Source: a bacterium (lineage in GTDB: Bacteria > Hinthialibacterota > Hinthialibacteria > Hinthialibacterales > Hinthialibacteraceae). Taken from it: a stretch of 64,000 nucleotides of DNA. The position numbers and the translations under genes were made by a program. The notes under the pieces are model-generated. The model ran no database searches, was not told the DNA's origin, and worked only from the letters and a program-made list of their open reading frames with translations. Of this stretch, positions 41,597 to 51,730 are shown piece after piece. How positions within the stretch are numbered: position 1 is the first letter of the stretch; the number at the start of each line of letters is the position of its first letter. Location: positions 32,001 through 96,000 of the forward strand of contig JBHGBC010000004.1 in assembly GCA_041946805.1 (NCBI GenBank), given 5' to 3'.

Positions 41597-42592
41597 CTAG
41601 GCCCGTGGTCCGAATTCGCGGATCCAGGCGATGGACATGGCGATGCCTTCATCCAGGGAAATCCGGGGATTGTACCCAAGAAGTTTGCGGGCTTTGGAAA
41701 TGTCGGCGATATAGCGGGTTACTTCGCCCGGCTGGGGAGGTGTGAAGGTGATGATGGGTTCCACGCCGGTGTGCTTGCCGATCAGCAGGGCGAGTTGATG
41801 CAGGCTGTTGCCCTCTCCGCAGGCCAGATTAATGGTTTGATTGCGGACTTCGCCGGCCAGGAGTTTCTCGATGCCCAGGCAAATCCCGTCCACGCAGTCG
41901 TCGATGTAGGTGAAGTCCAGAATCTTTTCCTGCCCGTGGATGACGATGGGCTGTCCCTGGGAGATCCGCCGGATGAAGAGGGGAGTCACACGTTCCATGC
42001 GTTCCAGGTCGTTGTCGTACCGGCCGTAGACATTGCTGAACCGAAAGACGATGTAAGGCAGGCCGTAGCATTGGGCGTACGAGTAGATGAACGCCTCGCC
42101 CGCAATCTTGCTGGCGGAGTAGGGGCTTTCGGCGACGACGAAATCCGCGCACGATTCATCCGTCACATGCCGGTGGATGTCACCGTACACTTCCCGCGAG
42201 CTGCCGAAGATGATGGGAATCCGGGCCAGGCGGGCGCTTTCCGCCGCCTTGAAGGTCATGTTGACATTCTCCAAGGCCCGCGAAGGCTCCCGGACCAGTT
42301 CGAAGACCTTGGCGTGCGCCGCCAGGTGGACCAGGAGTTGAATGTCGAATCCCCGGATCAGCTCCAACAACCGCCCCACGCAGTCGGTGGTGAGGTCCAC
42401 CAGGCGTGTGGGAATCCCGCTCGTCCAGGTGTTGGGACGAATATCCACTCCCAGGACCGCGTGGCCCTCCCCTATCAGCCGCAAGGCCAGGTTGGTCCCG
42501 ATTTGTCCACTGGATCCGGTGATGAGTATGTTCAACTTCGTTGGACTCCCATTGGCGAGAAAGTGGATCCCGCCCGTGAGCGGGCCGGGCAT
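41597..42592 (-). CDS. NAD-dependent epimerase/dehydratase (extended SDR)
   Basis: ILITGSSGQIG, HLAA, SSREVYG, YSASK, RFSNVYG; start uncertain. Confidence 0.92.
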   Translation of the reverse strand: MPGPLTGGIHFLANGSPTKLNILITGSSGQIGTNLALRLIGEGHAVLGVDIRPNTWTSGIPTRLVDLTTDCVGRLLELIRGFDIQLLVHLAAHAKVFELVREPSRALENVNMTFKAAESARLARIPIIFGSSREVYGDIHRHVTDESCADFVVAESPYSASKIAGEAFIYSYAQCYGLPYIVFRFSNVYGRYDNDLERMERVTPLFIRRISQGQPIVIHGQEKILDFTYIDDCVDGICLGIEKLLAGEVRNQTINLACGEGNSLHQLALLIGKHTGVEPIITFTPPQPGEVTRYIADISKARKLLGYNPRISLDEGIAMSIAWIREFGPRA

Positions 42593-42673
42593 TGGTTGGA
42601 ATCATGGTATCCCCCCCGGACTTCGTCAAGAAGCCGGGAAGGAATTCAGTGGCCGGTTGGAGTTGAAGAGAGT

Positions 42674-42707
42674 TAAAAGAAAAGGGCCGGCGGGTGGCGC
42701 CGGCCCT
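42674..42707 (-). terminator. intrinsic terminator
   Basis: agggccggcg/cgccggccct stem followed on the minus strand by TTTCTTTT. Confidence 0.7.
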
Positions 42708-42730
42708 CTGGATTTCCAGGACGGGTGGGA

Positions 42731-44233
42731 TCATTCGTTCACGGGAGCCGTTTTGGTGTCCACCGGCCGTTCCTCGGGATTCAGGCCCGTGGAGGCGGGA
42801 GCGGAGGTTTCCGGATTCTCGAGGACGGTGAGGCTGGAGGCTTGCGGTTGGCTGTCCAGGGTTTTGACCGTTCCCGAGATGAAGCCGAGCCGCTCCACGA
42901 AGGATTGCAACTGGCCGCCCGCCAGATCGGCCAGCGAGGTGAACTGGCTGAGAATTTCCACCAGCGCCTGCGTTTGGCCGGCCTCATCGTTCCGGGCCAT
43001 GAGAATTTGTGTCCGGGCCTTGGCTTCGTCCACCTGGCTGGAGATCTGATTCCGGAGATTCTGGGCTTTCTCCGTGATTTCCTGCAGCGAAGCGGTGAGG
43101 CTCTGGAGCGGCAGGGTATCTTGCGGGGGCAAGAGCCGGGATTGGGTCTCCAGGGAACTTTGAGCGTCCACGTTCTTCAATTTCTCCAGGGTTTCCGTGA
43201 TTCCCCGCACGCTTTGCACCAGGTTTTGGATTTCCGCGGTGGTCTGGTTCCGGCTGTTTTCGAATTCCGACTTGAGTTCGACCCGCGCGCCTTCCAGGCC
43301 TTCGCTGGTGAGGTAGAGGGCCTTCATCATCGACTCCGCCGTGCTGTCGAGCCGTTGGCCGATTTCATTGATCTTCTGTTGCAGGGCTTCCAGGTCCTTG
43401 CGCAGGGTGTCCTGGGAGGCTTGCGCGGAGGACTGCAAGGCGGTGATTTTCTGATCGCTGGCCTCCTGCCATCCGGGCAGGCTTGTGTTCATGGCCTGCA
43501 TGGCTTCGCGGGAGGAGCCGACTTCCGATTGGAGATCGGACACTTGCCGCGCGAGGGCGGTCAGTTCGGCCGAGAACTGCTGGGTCTCCGTCAGCATCTG
43601 GCCGGCGTTGGCCGAGAGGGAGGCGGCCAGATCGTTGAGCCGGGCGGCGGAATTCTGGTCCGCTTGCTTGACCAGTTCCTGCAACGCGCCGGTGGCGGAA
43701 TCGAGGTGTTCGCGCAGGTCCTGGTTGGCGGCGGTCAGGTTCTTGTCCAGACCTTGCACGGCCGCGAGCACGGCGTTTTGAGCCGACTGGCTGGATTCCA
43801 CGGCGTTTCCGAGCAGCGTCTTGTTATCATTGAGAATCCCCATCGCGGCGGCGTAATGGTCATCCTCCTTTTGGGTGAGATCGAGAATCCCTTTGGCCAG
43901 AACCCCCGAGGTGTCCTTGATTTGTTCTCCCAAATGCCGGTTGGCGGCGTTCATCTGCTCGAGGAGCGAGGCGCGGTTCTTCTCCGCCAGGCTTTGGATT
44001 TGTTCGTTGAGGCTGGCGCGTGTGCTGTCCACCGCGGAGACCACTTTCTGCTGGTTCTGTTCGACCGCGTTCAACCGGTAATCCAAGTACGCGGCCATGC
44101 CGATCCAGGACCCGACGATGGTCACCAGGCCGGCGACAACCAACCCCGTGGACGACCGGGCTCCGTTTTCCATTTCCGGGGAAACCTGTTCCGGGTAGTT
44201 CGGACTGACTTGGGGATTGGGATTTGTGTTCAT
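42731..44233 (-). CDS. single-TM long coiled-coil (apolipoprotein-like) hypothetical protein
   Basis: GAGGAG RBS; TM GLVVAGLVTIVGSWIGMAAYL; ~430 aa Q/S/A/L/E heptad-rich. Confidence 0.85.
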   Translation of the reverse strand: MNTNPNPQVSPNYPEQVSPEMENGARSSTGLVVAGLVTIVGSWIGMAAYLDYRLNAVEQNQQKVVSAVDSTRASLNEQIQSLAEKNRASLLEQMNAANRHLGEQIKDTSGVLAKGILDLTQKEDDHYAAAMGILNDNKTLLGNAVESSQSAQNAVLAAVQGLDKNLTAANQDLREHLDSATGALQELVKQADQNSAARLNDLAASLSANAGQMLTETQQFSAELTALARQVSDLQSEVGSSREAMQAMNTSLPGWQEASDQKITALQSSAQASQDTLRKDLEALQQKINEIGQRLDSTAESMMKALYLTSEGLEGARVELKSEFENSRNQTTAEIQNLVQSVRGITETLEKLKNVDAQSSLETQSRLLPPQDTLPLQSLTASLQEITEKAQNLRNQISSQVDEAKARTQILMARNDEAGQTQALVEILSQFTSLADLAGGQLQSFVERLGFISGTVKTLDSQPQASSLTVLENPETSAPASTGLNPEERPVDTKTAPVNE

Positions 44234-44969
44234 GATTCGACTCCTCTATGAGTGTGATTGAGTACCGGGGGGACAAGCCCGCGCCGGCCTCCTGGGTATC
44301 GATGGATGGTGATCCCCGGCCGGTTCCCGCGTTTCGGGATTCCGGCCCGGCCGGGATCATGGGTCAGGCTAATTCATGGGGAGAACGGGGCCAGCGGGAA
44401 AGACACCAACGCGTCTTCCCTCCGCGCGAGGGATAGCCGGCATAAACGGGTGGAACGAGCAGGAAAAAGCCAACCCCAAAAGGCAACAACCCCTATACTC
44501 TATGGTGAAATCTCTCTAATTCCGATTGCTCGGATGTCATGGAACTGCATTCAACGGACCTTCGTCCGGCGCGGTGCGTCTGGTTGAAGAGAGAAATCGC
44601 ATCAACTCGGGGACAGTACGGTCAATTCGTCCGATGTAACCCGCCACCACCCTCACGCATTTCATCCTCGACCGCCATCATCCCTCAATCCCGACACGAT
44701 ATGGAACTATCTTGCCAGTATCGAGCTTTGATGTCAATTAAAAGATACGGAATGGCGAGGAAAAAATACCATGGCGAAAAATGAAGGCCCCGCCGGATTA
44801 CCGGATCATCCCCCGCGTCAGAAGGAGAAGCGGCCATGGCGGCCCGCGGGCCGCCCCTGCAATCCATGCCCTTTCCCGGCTCCGGGTTTTACCCTGACTC
44901 TCACCCGTTCCGAGGTATAATAGGCATGTTTGACTCAATCCATCCTGAATTCCGGGAATTGAGGAACCG

Positions 44970-46064
44970 ATGACCATTGCCGCAATCGAAGAAAAAGTCC
45001 AAGCCGGCGAGCGGATCAGCGACGAGGAGGCCTTGTTCCTTTTCCATTCACCGGACATCCACGCGCTCGGCCGGATGTCGGAAACGGTCCGGCGGCGGTG
45101 GAACGGCAACCTCGCCTATTACATCGTCAACCGGCATATCAACTACAGTAACGTCTGTATTGACTCCTGCCGCTTTTGCGCTTTCGCCCAAAAGCCCGGC
45201 CAGCCGCTGGCGTTCACCTATTCGCTCGAAGAGATGCGGCGGCGGGCGGATGAAGGCGCGGCGCAAGGGGCGATCGAGATCCACATCGTCGGCGGCCTGC
45301 ATCCCGATCTGCCCTACGAGTATTATTTGAATGTGCTCCGCGCGATCAAAACCCGCCATCCGCATGTCCATTTGAAATGTTTCACGGCGGTGGAGATCTC
45401 CCACCTGGCCCGTTTGGCCGGTTTGACCATCGAGCAGGTGTTGAAAGACCTGATCGCGGCCGGACTGGGTTCGCTTCCTGGCGGCGGGGCGGAAATGTTC
45501 GCCGACCGGGTGCGGGAGAAAATCTGCCCCGGCAAGTTGTACGTGCATGAATGGCTGGACGTGCACCGCACCGCGCACGGCCTGGGCTTGCGCAGCAACG
45601 CCACCATGCTGTACGGCCACATCGAAAAGCCGGAGGAGATTGTCGATCATCTCGCCCACCTCCGTCCCTTGCAGGACGAAACCGGCGGTTTTTTGACCTT
45701 CATCCCCCTGCGCTTCCAGGCCCGCAACACACGCCTCGAGGGAGTGATGTGCACCGGACTGAAGGACCTGCGCGTGCATGCCATTTCCCGCATCTATTTG
45801 GACAATTTCCCGCATATCAAGTCCTATTGGACCATGCTGGGAGTCAAAACCGCCCAGGTCATGCTCCGCTTCGGCGCGGACGATTTCGACGGGACCGTCA
45901 TCGACGAAAAAATCGTGCACATGGCTGGCTCCTCCTCGCCGAAACTCTTGACCGTCTCCACAATCCAACGCTTAATTCGGGAAGCGGGACGGGAACCGGT
46001 GGAACGCGACACGTTATTCCAACCGTATCACCGCACCCAGTCCCTGCCCGCGGCGATCGCTTGA
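44970..46064 (+). CDS. mqnE: CofH/MqnC/MqnE-family radical SAM, most like aminofutalosine synthase
   Basis: NRHINYSNVCIDSCRFCAF, EIHIVGGLHP, KCFTAVEI, PGGGAE, SNATMLYGHIE, HIKSYW. Confidence 0.85.
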   Translation: MTIAAIEEKVQAGERISDEEALFLFHSPDIHALGRMSETVRRRWNGNLAYYIVNRHINYSNVCIDSCRFCAFAQKPGQPLAFTYSLEEMRRRADEGAAQGAIEIHIVGGLHPDLPYEYYLNVLRAIKTRHPHVHLKCFTAVEISHLARLAGLTIEQVLKDLIAAGLGSLPGGGAEMFADRVREKICPGKLYVHEWLDVHRTAHGLGLRSNATMLYGHIEKPEEIVDHLAHLRPLQDETGGFLTFIPLRFQARNTRLEGVMCTGLKDLRVHAISRIYLDNFPHIKSYWTMLGVKTAQVMLRFGADDFDGTVIDEKIVHMAGSSSPKLLTVSTIQRLIREAGREPVERDTLFQPYHRTQSLPAAIA

Positions 46065-46121
46065 TTTGTTGGTTCGATGCATTCCGGATAACGCCACCCA
46101 TTGGATTGAATCGATTCATCC

Positions 46122-47480
46122 ATGACCGAACTGCCAGCCTCCTTCCGTGATATCGAATGGCTCATCCTGGACATGGATGGAGTCCTGACCAACGAGCAGG
46201 CCTATTGGGACACCGCCGGGCTGGTGATCCGCGACCTGCTGGAAAGTCCGGCGCATCTCGGCCTCGATCCCGCCCAGTTCACTCCCATCGCCGATCTCTT
46301 CTATCACCGGATGAACCGCGGCACGCGCTCGGACTGGCGCAAGTATCTTCCGCCCGAGCTGATCGTCTCCTGCAAATCCCGGGGCATCAACAGCAACTGG
46401 GACCTGGCCTACCTGGTGGCGGGACTCTACCTCGCCCCCCTCTTCTCGCCCTTCTTGACTCTGTGCCAAATGCTGACCGAACCGCCCGCCGGCCCCGAGG
46501 AAACGGGCGGTCCCGTGGAAACTGAAGCAGATCCGAACGCCGATTCCCTGCCCCCGCGGGCCGCTGCCGCGGACCTGCTGGAATGCCTCGCGCCCATCCG
46601 CCAACGGCTCCAAGATCACGTGAAAAAGGAGGAGTGGAACCGGTTCATCCGGCTGCGGGACATGCACCTCTGGGGCGCGTATTTCCGGAAACAGAATCAC
46701 CAGGTCTCGCCCGCCCACAACATCGAATTGCGCGTCATGGACGATTTTCATCCCGACATCCGGGGTTTGCGCCTGCTGGATGAATTGAACCAGCTGATGG
46801 ATTCGAAACCCGGGCGCCGCTATTCCCTCTTCGGCCGCCGGACGGATCTATGGGAGGATTGCCGGGACCTGTTTCAGCAATGGTATCTGGGGGAATCCCT
46901 CTATGAATCGGTTTACGGCCGCCCCGTTCCCTATCGGCCCAAGCCGGGCTTCATCCACCGGGAGGAACCCCTCAACGGCCGGGAGAAAACCCGGGCCTGC
47001 CTGACGCAACTGCGGCAAGCGGGCTTCCGGCTGGGGATCGCCACCGGCCGCCCCCGGCTGGAGATTCTCACCCCGCTGCAGGAGTGGGATTACCTCCATT
47101 TTTTCGAAGCCGAACGAATCGTTACTCATGACGAAGTGGAATCCGCCGAGGCGGAGCTTAAAAACCGGGGGATTCAGGAACTGCTGGGCAAACCGCATCC
47201 CTACGTCTTCGCCCGTTCGATTTATCCCCGGGAACCGCTGGATACTCTACTCCAACTCTGCGCCGGCCCGATTCCAGATGCCCGCAAGGTCCTGATCGTG
47301 GGCGACGCGGTGGCCGATATCTGGGCCGCCCGCCCGATCGGCTGCCCCACGGCCGCCCTCCTCTCCGGCGCGATGGGAATCTCCGGTTACCGGCAACTCG
47401 AAGAGGCCAAGCCGGATGTGATCTGCCATGACTTCGTGGAACTGACCCACGCGCTGATCAGCCGGAAGCGATCGCCCTAA
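46122..47480 (+). CDS. HAD-superfamily hydrolase with large cap
   Basis: LDMDGVL, IATGRP, KPHP, VGDAVADI. Confidence 0.88.
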   Translation: MTELPASFRDIEWLILDMDGVLTNEQAYWDTAGLVIRDLLESPAHLGLDPAQFTPIADLFYHRMNRGTRSDWRKYLPPELIVSCKSRGINSNWDLAYLVAGLYLAPLFSPFLTLCQMLTEPPAGPEETGGPVETEADPNADSLPPRAAAADLLECLAPIRQRLQDHVKKEEWNRFIRLRDMHLWGAYFRKQNHQVSPAHNIELRVMDDFHPDIRGLRLLDELNQLMDSKPGRRYSLFGRRTDLWEDCRDLFQQWYLGESLYESVYGRPVPYRPKPGFIHREEPLNGREKTRACLTQLRQAGFRLGIATGRPRLEILTPLQEWDYLHFFEAERIVTHDEVESAEAELKNRGIQELLGKPHPYVFARSIYPREPLDTLLQLCAGPIPDARKVLIVGDAVADIWAARPIGCPTAALLSGAMGISGYRQLEEAKPDVICHDFVELTHALISRKRSP

Positions 47481-47607
47481 GCGGCACGAGGCCGTGTTTG
47501 TCTGAATTTGGATGAGCCGGATGATGATGGGTTACGCGCAACACGCTAACCCATCCTACGATTCTGAGGCCTATCCCAATGCATTGATGTCATCCCGTTT
47601 TTTTTGA

Positions 47608-47816
47608 GGTTCATCCGACAAGTGCGTACCCGCTGGAAAGGCATTCCATCCACTCGATGAAATTCGGGCGGACACCAAGGTCCGCCCCTACAAAAATTCT
47701 CTCACCCTGGCCCTCTCCCGGGGGGAGAGGGGATCAGGGGATTGATTTCCCCGGCTAGCCCGATTGAAGAGTGGCTTGACATGCTTGAAAAAAAGTACGC
47801 ACTTATCGGATGAGCC
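47608..47816 (+). mobile_element. MITE-like element, copy D (best preserved)
   Basis: TIRs GGTTCATCCGACAAGTGCGTAC and reverse complement GGCTCATCCGATAAGTGCGTAC (20/22 match). Confidence 0.85.
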
Positions 47817-48210
47817 TTTTTTAATGTCATCCCCGCGAAAGCGGGGATCCAGAAAACCGGATTCCTGATAGAAGCCGGGGCATGTGGCAACGTTCCCCTG
47901 CCATGGCATGGCTCGATTCATGGCGCGTAATGATTTACCCGAATGCTGACCTTTCACAGTGATTTTTTCGTGGTATGAGCAACGAGGGGATCGCTATACG
48001 ATTCCCTCTCCCCCCGGGAGAGGGCCGGGGTGAGGGAAACCGTTGCATGTCGCAATTCAACCTCTATGACTGTGCAATCAGGTAAATGGCCACCTAGGAT
48101 ATACACCTCCCGGAGGGAGAGGGAATGAATTGTTTTGCTTCAACATTCCCAGGGCGTTGCCCTGGGCTAGCTTCTTACGCGCCGTTGGCGCCCAAATTGA
48201 AGCATTCCCC

Positions 48211-50670
48211 TCACTCCGGGATGGCCGAGGCGGGGATATCGACACGGGGCAAGGCGCGGGTGCCGGGTTTCTCGGAGGTGTTCTCCGCGGCCGTAACCGC
48301 CGTGGCCTCCTTGATCTGGCTCATGGGAATCGGAATCCGGTTCGGCTCCAGGTTGGGAAAGCGCGGCAGGCTGTCATCCGGCAGGAAATAATCGTCGATC
48401 ACTTCCCCGGTGGCTGGCTTGACCACATCACCGGTCAACACATCGACTTTCTTTTCCTCGAGACCCGGAGGAACCGGGAAGGGATCCGGATTGCCTTCCG
48501 GATAGATCTTGTTCATGAATTCCACCCAGAGGGGCAAGGCGCCGCTGCTGCCCGTCAGGCCGGTGGATTGGGGCATGTCGAATCCTACCCAGACCACGGT
48601 GATCAAGTCGGGCACGGCCCCCACGAACCAGGAATCCTGCCGGTCATCCGATGTCCCGGTTTTTCCCGCCGCGATTCCCTTCCACCCCAGGCGGTAGGCC
48701 GGATTGGCCGTTCCCCGCTCGAAGACGCCCTGCAGCATGGCCAGCACCTGGTAGGCGGCTTGCGGAGAGACCACCTGGCTGGAGCCGGGCGCGGCCAGCG
48801 GGAGCCGGGTATTGGCGCTCGACCGGACCGTGCGCATGAAGTGGGGAGTGGACCGGATGCCCTGGTTCACGAACACGGTATAGAGCCCCGCCACCTCCAG
48901 GGGTGTCAGGTCTACTGTCCCCAACGCGATGGAGGGAACCCGCATGATGGCAGGGAAACCCAAACTTTCGAGAAAATCGGCCAGGACATTGATGCCGATC
49001 ATCTGCGACAGCCGCACCGCGGGCACGTTCAGACTCTCTTCCAACGCCCGGCGGACGGTCACCGGTCCAGAGAAGTTTTTATTGAAGTTCTGCGGCGTCC
49101 ACGGCCCGAAGGGGGTCTCGATAGTGACCGGGCTGTCATCCAGGTATGAATTAGGGGAGAGATCGTATAATCCCTCTTGGGCCCCCTGCATGGCTTTCAG
49201 GTAGATGAACGGTTTGATGACCGAGCCGATCGGGCGTTTCCCCAGCAGGGCGCGGTTGAAGGAACTGGCTTGGAAGTCCCGCCCCCCCACCAGGGCGAGC
49301 ACCGCGCCGCTGTAGGGATCGACGCAGACCAGCGCGGCCTGCAAGGGCTGGCCTTTGTCCTTCAGGTCGGGCTTCTCTTTTTCCAACTCCTCCAGCCCTT
49401 CCCGCACAGCTTCCTGCGCCGCGTTTTGCAGGCGCATGTCGATGGTGGTGTAGATCGAATACCCCTCGGTCTGCAACTCATCCGGCAGAAGTAAATCCGC
49501 CAGGCTGCGCTGCACGGCGTCCACCACGAAGGGGGCCGAGCCCGCCAGGGACCGGGGCGCCGCGGGCAGCGGATCGGCCATGGCTGCGCCCCGTTCCTCG
49601 GGGGTGATCGATCCTTCTTCCGCCATCCGGGAGAGGATGTAATCCCGCCGTTGCTTCACCCGCTCCGGGTATTTGAAGGGATTGTAGTAATTCGGGCCGC
49701 GCAACAAGGCTACCAGCAGCGCGCATTGGGAAAGGCTCAAATCGCGCGGCTCGGTTCCGAAATAATACCGGGCCGCCTGCCGCAGGCCCGCAATACTGAC
49801 CGATCCCGCCTGGCCGAAATAGCATTCGTTGATATACAACTGCAGGATCTGCTCCTTGGTGCGGGTCATTTCCAGCAAGACCGCCATCAGCGCTTCATCC
49901 ATCTTGCGCCGCAGGCTTTTGTTGCGGGTAAGAAACATGTTGCGGACCAATTGCTGGGTGATCGTGCTCCCCCCCTGCGCGTACCGGCCTTGCTTGAGGT
50001 TGATGAGAAAGGCCCGCAAGACGCCCCAGGGATCCACGCCCCGGTGCTCGAAATAGCTTTTGTCCTCCGAAGCCAGCAGGCTCTGGATGAAACGCGGGGG
50101 CACATCCTCGAGGGGGATGGGCCGGCGGTCTTCAAAGGAGGGATCGTAAATGGAGCCCAGTACCTCCGGTTCCAGCGCCAACCGCGCGAGGCGCTGGCCG
50201 GTGTCCCGGTTCCAGAGGCCCGCCACCACGCCGCCGTCGATCTCGCAGCGCGCGGGGAATCCCGGGCGCTTGCCGTCCGGCGTCTCGGCGTCCCGCAGGA
50301 AAATGTCCACGCCTTTTTCGTCGCGGCTGTATTCGCCGGAGGCTTGCACCGACGAGGCGGGATAATACCCCAGCGCGGCCAGCCGCCCGGTCAGTTCCGC
50401 TTCATCCAGCCGCGCCCCCACGGCGATTTCGAACGGCTGGGCGTACACGCGGGAGGGCAGGTTCCAGGGCGTGTCGCTCAGCACCCGCTCCATCAGGGAG
50501 AGATCGCGTAACACATAGATCCCGATATACAGCAGGACCAATCCGGATAGCAGGCATCCCATGGCGAACGAAGCCAGGGTGATGATCCACGCCCGCTTCT
50601 TCCAGAGCTTCTCCCTCTCCTGTCGCGGCGTGGACAACACCGTCATGATTTTTTTCAACGGAGCGATCAT
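48211..50670 (-). CDS. mrcB: class A penicillin-binding protein, PBP1B-like
   Basis: TM, UB2H-like region (LPSRVYAQP..LAALGY), GT motifs SEDKSY..HRGVD, GGSTITQQL, RKMDE; TP motifs SVIK, SLN, KTG. Confidence 0.9.
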   Translation of the reverse strand: MIAPLKKIMTVLSTPRQEREKLWKKRAWIITLASFAMGCLLSGLVLLYIGIYVLRDLSLMERVLSDTPWNLPSRVYAQPFEIAVGARLDEAELTGRLAALGYYPASSVQASGEYSRDEKGVDIFLRDAETPDGKRPGFPARCEIDGGVVAGLWNRDTGQRLARLALEPEVLGSIYDPSFEDRRPIPLEDVPPRFIQSLLASEDKSYFEHRGVDPWGVLRAFLINLKQGRYAQGGSTITQQLVRNMFLTRNKSLRRKMDEALMAVLLEMTRTKEQILQLYINECYFGQAGSVSIAGLRQAARYYFGTEPRDLSLSQCALLVALLRGPNYYNPFKYPERVKQRRDYILSRMAEEGSITPEERGAAMADPLPAAPRSLAGSAPFVVDAVQRSLADLLLPDELQTEGYSIYTTIDMRLQNAAQEAVREGLEELEKEKPDLKDKGQPLQAALVCVDPYSGAVLALVGGRDFQASSFNRALLGKRPIGSVIKPFIYLKAMQGAQEGLYDLSPNSYLDDSPVTIETPFGPWTPQNFNKNFSGPVTVRRALEESLNVPAVRLSQMIGINVLADFLESLGFPAIMRVPSIALGTVDLTPLEVAGLYTVFVNQGIRSTPHFMRTVRSSANTRLPLAAPGSSQVVSPQAAYQVLAMLQGVFERGTANPAYRLGWKGIAAGKTGTSDDRQDSWFVGAVPDLITVVWVGFDMPQSTGLTGSSGALPLWVEFMNKIYPEGNPDPFPVPPGLEEKKVDVLTGDVVKPATGEVIDDYFLPDDSLPRFPNLEPNRIPIPMSQIKEATAVTAAENTSEKPGTRALPRVDIPASAIPE

Positions 50671-50916
50671 TGACTCTATCCAGTTGATTCAATCCAGTTC
50701 AATTCCCGCCATTCGGCGAGTTCTCCAAACCGCCCAGGACGTGTATAATCTCTTTTCAGGCGAATGGGCTTATCCATTCAGGGCTGTACGAATCCCGGCC
50801 GCCATCTTCACCCTGGGCTCAGTCATCCGGCCGGTTCAGAACGCGGATCCCATGATTCTATCTCTTGGATGCGCGAACCGTATCCTAGGGCCGCCTCCGC
50901 TATACGAGACATCCCC

Positions 50917-51435
50917 ATGAAACATAACGCTTCATCCCTTGCCCGTTTTCTCATCATCCCATTGTGCGTGTCGGTCTTTTCCGCGTGCGGCAGCCTGCCC
51001 CGCAAAACGAAAGAGTCCGCTTCCTCAATCCCCACGGCCGAATTCCCCCAACCGGACAACACCATCACCCAACCGGAAAAGGAAGCGGAACACCCCATGC
51101 CCTTCCCGCCAGTCCCTCCCGCGCCGCAAACGGCTGAAACGGTCAAACCAGCCACGGATCAACTATCCAGCCCCCGATCCGTATCCAGCCAGCCGGCGGA
51201 ATCCCCCGCCGCGCCGCCCGGCGTGATCACGCCTCCCGATTTAGGAAGACGCCCGCCCGCTTTGATTTATTCCGACGATTTGGGCTTGTACTGGTCTCCC
51301 AGCGCCACCTATGACATCTACTTTCAGAATGGATTCTGGTATGTCCGTTCAGACAATCATTGGTTCCGCTCCCGCGGCCATCGTGGCCCGTGGGAATTGA
51401 TTCAGCCTTTCCAATTGCCAGAATCCCTCCGTTAG
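50917..51435 (+). CDS. lipoprotein with Pro-rich linker and small Trp/Tyr-rich C-terminal domain
   Basis: Lipobox FSAC; ~95-aa P/S/T/E-rich linker; PPALIY..YDIYFQNGFWY..HWFRS..GPW. Confidence 0.82.
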   Translation: MKHNASSLARFLIIPLCVSVFSACGSLPRKTKESASSIPTAEFPQPDNTITQPEKEAEHPMPFPPVPPAPQTAETVKPATDQLSSPRSVSSQPAESPAAPPGVITPPDLGRRPPALIYSDDLGLYWSPSATYDIYFQNGFWYVRSDNHWFRSRGHRGPWELIQPFQLPESLR

Positions 51436-51730
51436 GATACAATCTTGATAAACATACTGAACATTCAGGGATAAGATTTGGACCACCGAGTCATGATGTA
51501 AACCTAAATATGATAAAAAATATTCCTGCCGGGGTGGGAAAGATGACCAAATTTATCGTATACCCTATATACAAATGTTGATTCTTGTTGTAATATATTT
51601 ATAAAGGGTAGGTGATAAAGTTTCATTTCTCAATGAAAACACGAGTTCCTTTTGCCGGAACGGAATCAATTGTTGATTCTTTCTGAAAAACATCTTGTTT
51701 TAATCTTCTGAGTCAAAGGCGGGAGACACC

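Larger units (their letters stand above)
167..47691. repeat. dispersed REP-like palindrome GGGCGGACAC-N3-GGTCCGCCCCTAC
   Basis: Copies near 167, 5390, 6413, 11178, 27816, 47666, with degenerate inverted copies near 13660 and 33466; coordinates give the span of the family. Confidence 0.85.

Noticed and set aside
44234..44969. Riboswitch or small gene in the spacer before mqnE
   Set aside because: Several GC-rich hairpins are possible, but no conserved aptamer motif or credible ORF was recognised.
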